Source: Akkermansiaceae bacterium UBA4589 (GTDB lineage: Bacteria; Verrucomicrobiota; Verrucomicrobiia; Verrucomicrobiales; Akkermansiaceae). Taken from it: a DNA stretch of 64,000 nt. Position numbers and translations under genes: made by a program. Location: assembly GCA_002387565.1 (NCBI GenBank), contig DGJT01000018.1, forward strand, positions 17,767 to 81,766. Direction: 5' to 3'. Within the stretch, counting starts at the first letter, position 1; every line of letters starts with the position of its first letter. Below the pieces are notes generated by a model. It was not told where the DNA came from and searched no databases. It was given only the letters and a program-made list of their open reading frames with translations. Below are positions 1 through 8,534 of the stretch, one piece after another.

Positions 1-732
1 CAGCAATTAACGCAGAGGTTTGCAGATCAAGTGATAGAAAATCCAAGCCTTGATTTGGTAAAAGCTGTTTTTAATGAAGATAAATTTGCGCCTCAAATAT
101 TTAATGATATTCTTCGCAGTAATGAGGATGAAAATGCACGCCAAGTCAAAGTAGCTGCAGGTTGGTTCAATACACTTAATGGGTATAAACCAGTGGATAT
201 GCAATCCACACTTATCAATTTAAAAAATACAGATAACCGAGCTTACGCTGCTGATATAGAGAAAAAATTAGTAAGTTTACTATTTGAACCCTATTTAATG
301 GTAGAAAGAGCTCTAGTTTTTGAAGCTTACATCAATTGGATAAAAACAATAGACGCCAAAAGAAAGGTTGTCATCATTAACTATTATCAGCAACAACAAG
401 CTGAAGATCAAGTGGATGATTTTCTCTTGGAAATAGCCTTTGGTTATTTACCAGAAGAAGCATGGGCCTTGGTCAAGGAGCGTTGGTTAAAAGATTTGCG
501 AACTTGGGAGCCAATTCTACGTACCCAACCAGAGGTTGTTGAGCCTCAGTTATTAAAAATATATAATAGTCTCAATTTGAGCCAAAAAAAATCTGCCTTA
601 AAAACTTTAGCAAAAATAGGAAAGGCTCAAAGTCTAAGGTTTATCGAAGAAAGATTAAAAATAAGTGAAATAGAAGAAAGAATTTTCTTGAAATCGGCAG
701 CGTCAACCATTAAGACACGCCTAGCAAATTGA
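1..732 (+). CDS. Hypothetical protein, probably 5'-truncated by the window edge; the C-terminus looks weakly HEAT/ARM-repeat-like
   Basis: The ORF track starts at GTG 31, but the same frame is open back to base 1 with no stop and there is no obvious SD before 31. The C-terminal ALKTLAKIGKAQSLRFIEERL resembles a HEAT repeat. Confidence 0.4.
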   Translation, partial: QQLTQRFADQVIENPSLDLVKAVFNEDKFAPQIFNDILRSNEDENARQVKVAAGWFNTLNGYKPVDMQSTLINLKNTDNRAYAADIEKKLVSLLFEPYLMVERALVFEAYINWIKTIDAKRKVVIINYYQQQQAEDQVDDFLLEIAFGYLPEEAWALVKERWLKDLRTWEPILRTQPEVVEPQLLKIYNSLNLSQKKSALKTLAKIGKAQSLRFIEERLKISEIEERIFLKSAASTIKTRLAN

Positions 733-752
733 TTTTAGGCTTTTTTTGAAAG

Positions 753-836
753 GCCGCCGTGGCGGAACTGGTAGACGCTGTGGATTTAAAATCCATTGTC
801 CGCAAGGACGTGTCGGTTCGATCCCGACCGGTGGTA
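753..836 (+). tRNA. tRNA-Leu(TAA): tRNA-Leu, anticodon TAA, class II with long variable arm
   Basis: Acceptor GCCGCCG/CGGTGGT. D arm is GTGGCGGAACTGGTAGACGC, as in bacterial tRNA-Leu. Anticodon stem GTGGA/TCCAT with loop TTTAAAA. Long variable arm, T arm GTCGG-TTCGATC-CCGAC. No encoded CCA. Confidence 0.9.
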
Positions 837-881
837 CTTCTAGCCTTAAATCAATTGCTTTAATTTTACGTATAAAACAAA

Positions 882-3062
882 TTAAAGCTCCCACGTTTGC
901 TTACTTAAAAAGCAGTGTAATTGATAATGCTCTTTCTGCGCGATGATTTGAATAGCGCCGTGTTGTGATTGCTCAACAATAAGAGTCGATTCTAGGTTTT
1001 TTAACTCAGTGATAAATTCAGGGTGTAGCTTGCTCCAGCTTGAATGCACAATGATGGCTTGCGCTGCAAGACTTTTGAGTTGATCTAGGTGTGAAGAGTG
1101 TAACTCTAGAGATTGATTAATGTTAGCCAAGTATAAAACTTTGATAGGTTGATGTAAGTGCTGGATTTCAACACCCAAAATAGAAGATGCGGAATAAGGC
1201 GTAATTGTGCTTAAATTGTTTTTTGACAGATAATGGCGGTCTCGACTGATGAGACCTGGCATCTGCTCTAAGTAACGAGGGTTTTGATGAGGCGCGAGAT
1301 GAATCGTAGGTGGGTTAGTTGTATCGCTAATCAGTAGTTTCAGAGATAATTTCTGCTCCAATTGTAAGAGACTGTTGAGTGAAGCGCTACTCTGAGGGAA
1401 TAGGTGGAGATGGTCTTTCTCTATACAAATGAGGTGATCATAAAACCCCGTGTTGATGAACCATAAACCAGGTTGAAAGTAGTCAGGATTATTAATACTT
1501 GCAGTAGGTAGCCGTGATTCAAGTTGCTGTGCACATTGGTGCAGTTTTTGCAAATACCACATATGTATTTGGTTAGCTTTAGTTTGTAACTGGTCATTTT
1601 GCAAGGGGACCATCACAAGTAAAAGTAGAGTTATGATAATTTCTCCACTAATAAGAGGAATGAAAAAAGGTGTCAGCAAAATTGACCACCAATAAGCAGC
1701 GCCAAAATAATAGGTCATGAAACCCATAGAAGCGACAAAAGCAAATAGTGAAACCGCAAATGTTTGGCCAACTTTTTGCCCAGTCATGAATTTAAACCTT
1801 TGATAATTTTTCCAAAATTTAACAGGTAAATACGCGTCAGGTCTCGCCCAATTTTTGGCATATTTATTCCATAGACCTCCCATGCCTAAAAGAGCTAGCA
1901 CAATACTAAAAGAGAGCTGAAACCCCATTTGGAATAATTGATAAGGGTTAATACATAGACTCAAAATGAAAGTAGCCGCTAAAGCATTAAGTGGGCGGAA
2001 CGGTAACCTGCCTACTTTGGATAACCCCCAAATAAGCAAGAAAATGCTCGTTCGCATAATCGAAGGCGCCCAGCCCGTAATCAGAGTGTAGTAAAGCAAT
2101 ACTCCAAAAATAATAGCATACCTTAATTGATAAGGCGCTTTAGTTAATAAGGCCAAGCGATTTACCAAGTACAACATCAGCCCTAGATGCAGCCCACTAA
2201 TCGCAAACAAGTGCAACAGCCCCAAATATTTAAAAGGCTCTAAAGCAGCTTGAGTATCAGCATTTTTAATACCTAGCACGAGAGGCAACATGAGTTGATA
2301 AGCCTCAGAGTTTTTATCGATGCCCAAACTTAGGCGTTTTTTGATCCAATTACGGAAATCGTAGAGTTGAGCTTTGAGTTGTAATAATGAAGATGAAGTT
2401 GCCTCAATAAGTGTTATAGGGCTGAGTGCTAGTGCTTGGTGCCTCACACCCTGACCATGAGCATAACGTTTGAAATTAAAATCAAATGGACTAGCGGGAG
2501 GGTTAATATGGCGTACAGAGGCTAAGCAGTTAATTGTGTCTCCTATTTTGAATTCTGGAGAAGTGGCTAAAACAGAGAGGAATATAGACACACCTAGTTC
2601 AGTTTTTTTGCTTAGGTTCTTAGCATGTTCGATTTCTGCAACTGTTTTATTGCGCTGAGGGGAGAGCGTCTGCAAACGAACTTTATAGCGCTTGAGCTTA
2701 GCCTCGGTGGTTGAGGCTAGAGGGTAACTATGCTCAACCAGAGCTTTCACCCACATCAAGTTACCTTGTTCCTCGATGAAGGATCCGACTTCCTTATGTA
2801 TTGCTTGCTCATGATAGTAACGCAGGAGAGGTACTCCCATAAGCATCAATACAGCGATAGCTGCTATCCATGAGAACCGTTTGTAAATAAGATAAGTAGC
2901 AAAGGCACCTAAAATGATAGAAACTATAGTAGAAGCTAAAAATACTAAAGAGAACCAATGACCCTGTTCATACCACTCATAAATACTTATTAACCCACCA
3001 CCTGTAAAAAGTGTGGCTAATAAAAAAGGGGTGAACAAAAACCTAAAAACCAGATTCACCAC
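882..3062 (-). CDS. comEC: ComEC/Rec2-family DNA internalisation channel protein
   Basis: 726 aa polytopic membrane protein. It has an N-terminal DUF4131-like region and the competence-domain signature LGLLHLFAISGLHLGLM. Confidence 0.8.
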   Translation of the reverse strand: MVNLVFRFLFTPFLLATLFTGGGLISIYEWYEQGHWFSLVFLASTIVSIILGAFATYLIYKRFSWIAAIAVLMLMGVPLLRYYHEQAIHKEVGSFIEEQGNLMWVKALVEHSYPLASTTEAKLKRYKVRLQTLSPQRNKTVAEIEHAKNLSKKTELGVSIFLSVLATSPEFKIGDTINCLASVRHINPPASPFDFNFKRYAHGQGVRHQALALSPITLIEATSSSLLQLKAQLYDFRNWIKKRLSLGIDKNSEAYQLMLPLVLGIKNADTQAALEPFKYLGLLHLFAISGLHLGLMLYLVNRLALLTKAPYQLRYAIIFGVLLYYTLITGWAPSIMRTSIFLLIWGLSKVGRLPFRPLNALAATFILSLCINPYQLFQMGFQLSFSIVLALLGMGGLWNKYAKNWARPDAYLPVKFWKNYQRFKFMTGQKVGQTFAVSLFAFVASMGFMTYYFGAAYWWSILLTPFFIPLISGEIIITLLLLVMVPLQNDQLQTKANQIHMWYLQKLHQCAQQLESRLPTASINNPDYFQPGLWFINTGFYDHLICIEKDHLHLFPQSSASLNSLLQLEQKLSLKLLISDTTNPPTIHLAPHQNPRYLEQMPGLISRDRHYLSKNNLSTITPYSASSILGVEIQHLHQPIKVLYLANINQSLELHSSHLDQLKSLAAQAIIVHSSWSKLHPEFITELKNLESTLIVEQSQHGAIQIIAQKEHYQLHCFLSKQTWEL

Positions 3063-3109
3063 ACTAATTTAAAGAAGGTTGAATAAATTTAAAGGTTAAA
3101 TTTAAAAGC

Positions 3110-4621
3110 TTACTCAGCAGGCGTTAGCTCATAGCCATCAGCGGTGTCTTTGATTTGCCAGCCTTGGGCGGTGATTTGGTCACGGAGTTGGTCGCAGGCG
3201 CCCCAGTCTTTGTCTTTTTTGGCTTGGAGACGTTGTTCGGCGAGGGCTTGGATATCAGCAGGTATTTCAGCTGTTGTTTCTGACTCAGGGAGGGTCACAT
3301 CCCAGCCAAATGCGGCAATAATGAGACTGAGCCCATTGAGGTAGTTTTTGGCTTGCTCAGAGCTAAGGCTATGAGACTTGAGTTGTTTGTCGAGTTGCTT
3401 GAGGGTGAGGAAGACCTGTCCTAGAGCTTCTGGCGTGTTAAGATCATTGAGTAATGCCTCCCATGCTGATGCAAATGGGTTGTCAGCGAGTAAGCTTTCG
3501 ATAGGTTGAGCGCAAAGCTCTGTGTAAGTTGGTGCAGAGCTCTGACTTAGATCAATGAGTTGCTGCTGGTATTTGCCGAGTTGTTTGAGGTGGTTCTGTG
3601 CATTTTTGAGTAGGTCAAATTTGAAATTGAGCTTCTTGCGGTAGTGACCAGCGAGTAGAGCGTAACGCACGCTGGCAGGGGCGTAACCCATATCATGGAG
3701 TTGATTGAGGGTGTAGAGATTACCTAAGCTTTTGCTCATTTTTTGGTCTTCGACCATGAGGTGCTCGCTGTGAAACCAGTGTTGTGCGCAGGGCTTACCT
3801 GTAGCGGCTTCACTCTGAGCAATTTCATTGTCATGATGAGGGAAGCATAGGTCAACGCCACCACCATGAAGATCAATGCCATTAGGTAGGTGCTTGAGAC
3901 TCATGGCGCTACACTCGAGATGCCAACCTGGGCGACCTTCTCCCCATGGGCTTTGCCAGAAATGCTCAGCATCTTCATCCTTGCGGTGTTTCCAGAGGAC
4001 AAAATCGCTTATATTGTCCTTGTCATACTCGTCTGCATCTGAGGATGAGGTTGTGGAGGGATTGCTCAGTTGCTCCGATTCAATTTTATCTACACCAGAG
4101 AGTTTGCCATAGTTTGGAAAGGCTGAAATTGAAAAGTAAACGGATTGATCAGAACCGACATAGGCAATTTTTTTATCTATGAGAGTTTGGACTAAATCAA
4201 TTTGCTCAGGGATATGAGCCACAGCACTTGGTTCTACATGAGGGCTGAGTAAATTAAGGCTCTGGCAATCAGCAGCAAACTTTTCTCCCCAAGGTTTAGT
4301 GAATTGGGCTAGCGGTATGGCTTGAGCAATGGCGCCACGAATGGTTTTGTCGTCAACGTCAGTGAGGTTTCTTACATGTTTGACTTGAATACCACTTAGC
4401 TCGAGGACGCGGCGCAGAGTGTCTTGCACTACAAAAGTACGAAAATTGCCAATATGAGCTTCGGCATAGATGGTAGGCCCACAAGCGTAGAAGCCAAACT
4501 CATGTGTCGAAGGTTGAGTGAGAGGCTTTAGAGATTTGCTGAGTGTGTCGTAGAGTTGTGGTGCCGGCATAGATTTGTTTAAGCATAGTTGAGCTACCTT
4601 GGAAAGTAAATTAAGTCCCAT
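3110..4621 (-). CDS. cysS: Cysteine--tRNA ligase
   Basis: HIGH-type motif (AHIGNFRTF), KMSKS motif, Zn/Cys-binding WHLECSAM and CFPHHDNE. The start shares 1 nt with the yidD stop (TAATG). Confidence 0.95.
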   Translation of the reverse strand: MGLNLLSKVAQLCLNKSMPAPQLYDTLSKSLKPLTQPSTHEFGFYACGPTIYAEAHIGNFRTFVVQDTLRRVLELSGIQVKHVRNLTDVDDKTIRGAIAQAIPLAQFTKPWGEKFAADCQSLNLLSPHVEPSAVAHIPEQIDLVQTLIDKKIAYVGSDQSVYFSISAFPNYGKLSGVDKIESEQLSNPSTTSSSDADEYDKDNISDFVLWKHRKDEDAEHFWQSPWGEGRPGWHLECSAMSLKHLPNGIDLHGGGVDLCFPHHDNEIAQSEAATGKPCAQHWFHSEHLMVEDQKMSKSLGNLYTLNQLHDMGYAPASVRYALLAGHYRKKLNFKFDLLKNAQNHLKQLGKYQQQLIDLSQSSAPTYTELCAQPIESLLADNPFASAWEALLNDLNTPEALGQVFLTLKQLDKQLKSHSLSSEQAKNYLNGLSLIIAAFGWDVTLPESETTAEIPADIQALAEQRLQAKKDKDWGACDQLRDQITAQGWQIKDTADGYELTPAE

Positions 4622-4848
4622 TAAGGCAGGGGATCATGCCCATGAGTTTTACTCCATGGGTGGCAACGTAGAATGCGTTTGAAACTTAACCAAATACCTT
4701 TGAAAAAACCATATTTTTCAAAGGCCTGAATAGCGTAATTAGAACAGGTTGGCTCATACCTGCAACAACCATGTTGACCTAAACTCTGCTTAATGGGTAA
4801 GCTGAGATATTGGTAAACTTTGATGAGCTTGATGCAGAATAGTTTCAT
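4621..4848 (-). CDS. yidD: Membrane protein insertion efficiency factor YidD
   Basis: 75 aa with the signature [19 protein letters not shown]. Confidence 0.9.
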   Translation of the reverse strand: MKLFCIKLIKVYQYLSLPIKQSLGQHGCCRYEPTCSNYAIQAFEKYGFFKGIWLSFKRILRCHPWSKTHGHDPLP

Positions 4849-5092
4849 GATAAAATAAGCATTTTTAGCTTTGATAATACATTGACATAAAATCTCAATA
4901 ATATTACTTTTGAGTTAATTCGTAAGCTTATTTAGCCTGCAAAATCCATTGAATGCAAGCAACTTAAGAGAGTTCGAGCAAGATATAAAAAATTATCAAA
5001 CACTAAGTGATGCAGGTGTAGGTTGCTGGCTCAAGGTGACTTCTGTAGTGGTTGTAAAGTTACTAAAAAGCTAAATTTAAAGAAATAACTTC

Positions 5093-5569
5093 ATGATACA
5101 TATTGTCTTAGTAGAGCCAGAAATTCCCCATAATACAGGTGCAGCTGGAAGGCTTGCTGTAGCGGCTAATGCTTGCTTACATCTCATTGAACCGCTGGGT
5201 TTTGAGATTGATGAAAAACAGGTACGTCGAGCAGGTTTGGATTATTGGAAAGATGTAAAACTTAAAACATGGAGTTCTTGGGCTGAATTTGTCGCCGACC
5301 CTCCAGTGCCGAGTGATCAGTGGTTTTTGATGACTACTAAGGCTACTAAGAATTATTGGCAGGCTGAGTACCCCCAAGACTGCTGCCTCATTTTTGGTGC
5401 AGAAACCCGTGGATTAGCGGACTCTATACTCGAAGCTTACCCAGACAATATGATTAAAATTCCGATGCGAGAGAACAGTACTCGCAGCCTGAATCAATCG
5501 ACGAGTGTAGGTATTGCGATGTATGAAGTGTTGCGCCAACATCCAGAGCTATTAGATGCTGGAAATTAA
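5093..5569 (+). CDS. trmL: SpoU/TrmL-type tRNA 2'-O-methyltransferase
   Basis: 158 aa. Begins IHIVLVEPEIPHNTGAAGRL and ends with SPOUT knot motifs (IFGAETRGL, SLNQSTSVGIAMYE). Confidence 0.85.
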   Translation: MIHIVLVEPEIPHNTGAAGRLAVAANACLHLIEPLGFEIDEKQVRRAGLDYWKDVKLKTWSSWAEFVADPPVPSDQWFLMTTKATKNYWQAEYPQDCCLIFGAETRGLADSILEAYPDNMIKIPMRENSTRSLNQSTSVGIAMYEVLRQHPELLDAGN

Positions 5570-5641
5570 GGGATTTATGCCTTGCTATTTCAAGGCTCTC
5601 TAGTTAACTAATAATCTCTAATTACTTAATAGCACCTAATT

Positions 5642-6688
5642 ATGTCTTCAGTTTCTAATATCAAAATTATTGAAAATCAGCCGTTACCATCGCCGCAAGC
5701 GTTGATGGATCAGATTGCCGCCACACCTGAAGAAGCAGCATTCATAGTCAAGAGCCGTGAGACGATTGTTGATATTTTACAGGGTAAAGATGAAAGATTT
5801 TTACTTATTTTAGGGCCTTGCTCTATTCATGATACAAAGGCTTGTTTAGAGTATGCGCAGCGTTTAGCTGAATTAAATAAGAAAGTGTCTGATCGCATCT
5901 ACCTTGTGATGCGTGTCTACTTTGAAAAGCCAAGAACAACCGTTGGCTGGAAAGGTTTAATCATGGATCCTCGCCTTGATGGTTCATGTAATTTAGAAGA
6001 AGGTTTTATTGCGGCACGCCAATTCCTTAAGCAAGTGGTGGCTTGTGGCCTGCCAACTGCTACGGAGTTACTTGATCCAATCACACCTCAGTATATTGCT
6101 GATTTAGTGAGTTGGGCAGCTATTGGAGCGCGTACGACAGAATCTCAAACACACCGTCAAATGACTTCGGGCTTATCTATGCCTGTCGGTTTTAAGAACA
6201 CTACTTATGGTGGAATTAAGGCGGCTATTAATGCTATTGAAGCAGCGTCTAAACCTCAGGTATTTCTCGGCGTGAGTGATACGGGTGTCGCGTCTGCAGT
6301 GAGCACTAAGGGTAATCAAGATTGTCACCTTATTTTAAGAGGTGGTGATGATGGACCTAATTATGATGAAGCTTCCGTAGAGGAATCATACAATGCATTA
6401 CTCAAAGCAAATCAACCCGAGCGCATTATGATAGATGCTTCGCACGCAAACTGCGGTAAAGATGATACAAAAATGCCTGCTGTGTTTGAAGCTATCATTG
6501 AGCAGAAAGTTAAATACCCAGAGCGTATCTTAGGAGCGATGCTGGAGAGTCATCTCAATGCTGGAGCACAAGCATTTCCTCAACCAGTAGAAGACCTCAA
6601 CTACGGTCAATCTATTACAGATAAGTGTATTAGTTGGGAGACTACAGAAGAGTTGGTATTGGCTGCTTATGATAAACTAGCTAAGTAA
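5642..6688 (+). CDS. aroG: 3-deoxy-7-phosphoheptulonate (DAHP) synthase, class I
   Basis: 348 aa with LILGPCSIHD, RVYFEKPRTTVGWKGL and IDASHANC, typical of AroF/G/H. The isozyme assignment is not determinable. Confidence 0.9.
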   Translation: MSSVSNIKIIENQPLPSPQALMDQIAATPEEAAFIVKSRETIVDILQGKDERFLLILGPCSIHDTKACLEYAQRLAELNKKVSDRIYLVMRVYFEKPRTTVGWKGLIMDPRLDGSCNLEEGFIAARQFLKQVVACGLPTATELLDPITPQYIADLVSWAAIGARTTESQTHRQMTSGLSMPVGFKNTTYGGIKAAINAIEAASKPQVFLGVSDTGVASAVSTKGNQDCHLILRGGDDGPNYDEASVEESYNALLKANQPERIMIDASHANCGKDDTKMPAVFEAIIEQKVKYPERILGAMLESHLNAGAQAFPQPVEDLNYGQSITDKCISWETTEELVLAAYDKLAK

Positions 6689-6714
6689 GTTATCTATTAG
6701 TAACTAATAAAAAA

Positions 6715-6745
6715 GCCGTGCTTGTTTCCAAGCACGGCTTTTTTT
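6715..6745. terminator. Bidirectional intrinsic terminator between convergent aroG and rbfA
   Basis: Perfect 10-bp stem GCCGTGCTTG/CAAGCACGGC with loop TTTC. It is flanked by an A-run upstream and a T-run downstream. Confidence 0.7.
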
Positions 6746-6778
6746 ATTAATGAGTTCTTTGAAATTTATAGAGTTTGT

Positions 6779-7144
6779 TTATAGAGTGTTGTCTTCTTGT
6801 TCAGGAGGGGTTATTTTGTCGACCTCGTCGAGGACATTGAGTACCTGACAACCTTGCTCCATAGAACGGTCGATACGAAAATCAAGAATAGGGGTTTGTC
6901 TAAGAACGACACGTTGCATAAGTTTCTTTTGAATCATGCCACGCTTCTTTTGAATCACTTCTAAAACATCGTAGTCGTTATCTGCTCCCAAGATACTAAG
7001 CCATACTTTGGCCTCTTTAAGGTCTTGGGTAGTGTCGACATCCATGACAGTAACTAAAGCTGGTTGGAACTCAAACTCTTTTGGAAATAGAGTGCTTAGC
7101 TCACGTTTGAGAAGTTCATTAATTTTTTTAAGACGCGGGCTCAT
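6779..7144 (-). CDS. rbfA: Ribosome-binding factor A
   Basis: 121 aa. Begins SPRLKKINELLKRELS and contains VTVMDVDTTQDLKEAKVW, typical RbfA KH-like fold motifs. Confidence 0.85.
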   Translation of the reverse strand: MSPRLKKINELLKRELSTLFPKEFEFQPALVTVMDVDTTQDLKEAKVWLSILGADNDYDVLEVIQKKRGMIQKKLMQRVVLRQTPILDFRIDRSMEQGCQVLNVLDEVDKITPPEQEDNTL

Positions 7145-7200
7145 AATAAGGTGTGGTTGTTGGCTGGTTTGATAACCGAAAAGATAGGTAAAAAACAGAC

Positions 7201-7620
7201 TTATTTGATAGGTATTTTTAAGGTCATACCTATGCGAATAAGATGTGCGTTTTCGATGGCATTAATCGATTTTAATGAATTAATACTAACGTTATATTTT
7301 TTAGAAATTCCATAGAGCGTGTCACCTCTTACCACAGTGTGGGTTTTGTATTTTCCACTATAAGTAGCAACGGGTTTTGGCTTTGGCTTAGGTGGTTCTG
7401 GAGTGATGACAATTCTTGTAGAATTGTTCGTTTTACTAGGTTGATAGTAACGTCTCCATTTGCCGTCAGCCCAACTCGTGACATAATTGCCTTTCTTGTC
7501 AAAAGGTCCAGGGGTATTAGGCACAAAGTTTGGATTATCAACTTTTTTAATATTTGCCATTGCAGTCTGGAAACAGACAGCTGTAGAAATCAAACTAATC
7601 AATAATAAATAACGATTCAT
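7201..7620 (-). CDS. Secreted LysM-domain protein with Pro-Lys linker
   Basis: Signal peptide (LLISLISTAVCFQTAMA), PEPPKPKPKPV spacer and a C-terminal LysM domain (HTVVRGDTLYGISKKYNVSINSLKSINAI...IRIGMTLKIP). Confidence 0.7.
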   Translation of the reverse strand: MNRYLLLISLISTAVCFQTAMANIKKVDNPNFVPNTPGPFDKKGNYVTSWADGKWRRYYQPSKTNNSTRIVITPEPPKPKPKPVATYSGKYKTHTVVRGDTLYGISKKYNVSINSLKSINAIENAHLIRIGMTLKIPIK

Positions 7621-7685
7621 GATAGATAGGATAATTTAAAAAGCGACAACCAATGCACAATATAGGTTAGAAACGGTGTCTGTTC

Positions 7686-8534
7686 TTATTGACGAGGTGC
7701 GTCTGTAGGAACTAAATACTCATTCACATTAAATTCTTTCATTTGTTCATGAGACTTAAGAATTTTTTTAGTTTCAGAGAATAAAGGCATTAGCTCTTGC
7801 TGGTTGTCAATTTTTGCTTCTAAAAGTTTTTGAATACTACTTAGGTGTTGCTCTTGTTCAAAGTTGATATTGGCTAGTTGAGTTTGCACCGATGAATAAG
7901 CGGTTCGGAGTTTTACCTCGGCTTCTTGGTAAGCTTCTTTAGCTCCAAGCTGTTGATGATAGTTTTCTTTTTCTGCTTTATATTTTGAGCTAAACACACG
8001 ACGGAAAAAACCAGTGGTTTCTTTGGGGTCAGTAAGCTCTGCTGAGCCCTTTTGTTCAAAATAACTAATGAGAGCGTCAAATTCACCTAAATTAAGTTGG
8101 TAACTTGATTTGAGTTGAGATACGGCATAAATCATGTCGTTGAGCTGAACGAGCTCATCTTTTTGTAGCTGAATGCCAGCCTTAACTTTTGCTTCAAAAT
8201 TCATGAGGTGTGCCACTGTGTTTTCACTATTATTAAATAATGATTGGTAGAGTTCAGATACTCTTAGGATGCGAGCGTCAGCTTCTTCTTTGGCTTCTTT
8301 AATTGCAGCTAGAGCCTTGGCTTCGGTTTCTGCGAGGGCTTCTTGATAACGTTGCTCGATGAGCTCTTGTTCTTGAGCGATGGTGTCGAGCTGCTGTTTT
8401 TGTTCAATACTTTGTTGTTGAACCTCCATGAATTTATCTTGGTTCTTTTTGCTCATAAGTAGCACATAGCAAATGGCAGCAATAAGGATGGCTATGACAA
8501 ACCATAAAGTGATGAGAATAGGCTTATTTTTCAT
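7686..8534 (-). CDS. Membrane-anchored coiled-coil protein, function unknown
   Basis: One N-terminal TM helix followed by about 250 aa of Q/E/K/A-rich heptad-like sequence. The start overlaps the upstream TPR gene by 11 nt. Confidence 0.5.
   Translation of the reverse strand: MKNKPILITLWFVIAILIAAICYVLLMSKKNQDKFMEVQQQSIEQKQQLDTIAQEQELIEQRYQEALAETEAKALAAIKEAKEEADARILRVSELYQSLFNNSENTVAHLMNFEAKVKAGIQLQKDELVQLNDMIYAVSQLKSSYQLNLGEFDALISYFEQKGSAELTDPKETTGFFRRVFSSKYKAEKENYHQQLGAKEAYQEAEVKLRTAYSSVQTQLANINFEQEQHLSSIQKLLEAKIDNQQELMPLFSETKKILKSHEQMKEFNVNEYLVPTDAPRQ

Noticed and set aside
857-888. 10-bp AT-rich hairpin GCTTTAATTT/AAATTAAAGC between tRNA-Leu and the comEC stop, as a possible bidirectional terminator
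   Set aside because: The stem is almost pure A/T, has a 12-nt loop, overlaps the comEC stop codon and lacks a clear U-tract. It is too weak to call.
746-946. 66-aa ORF from the six-frame track
   Set aside because: It is read straight through the tRNA-Leu gene and the 3' end of comEC. Its G/R-rich translation is an artefact of the tRNA sequence.
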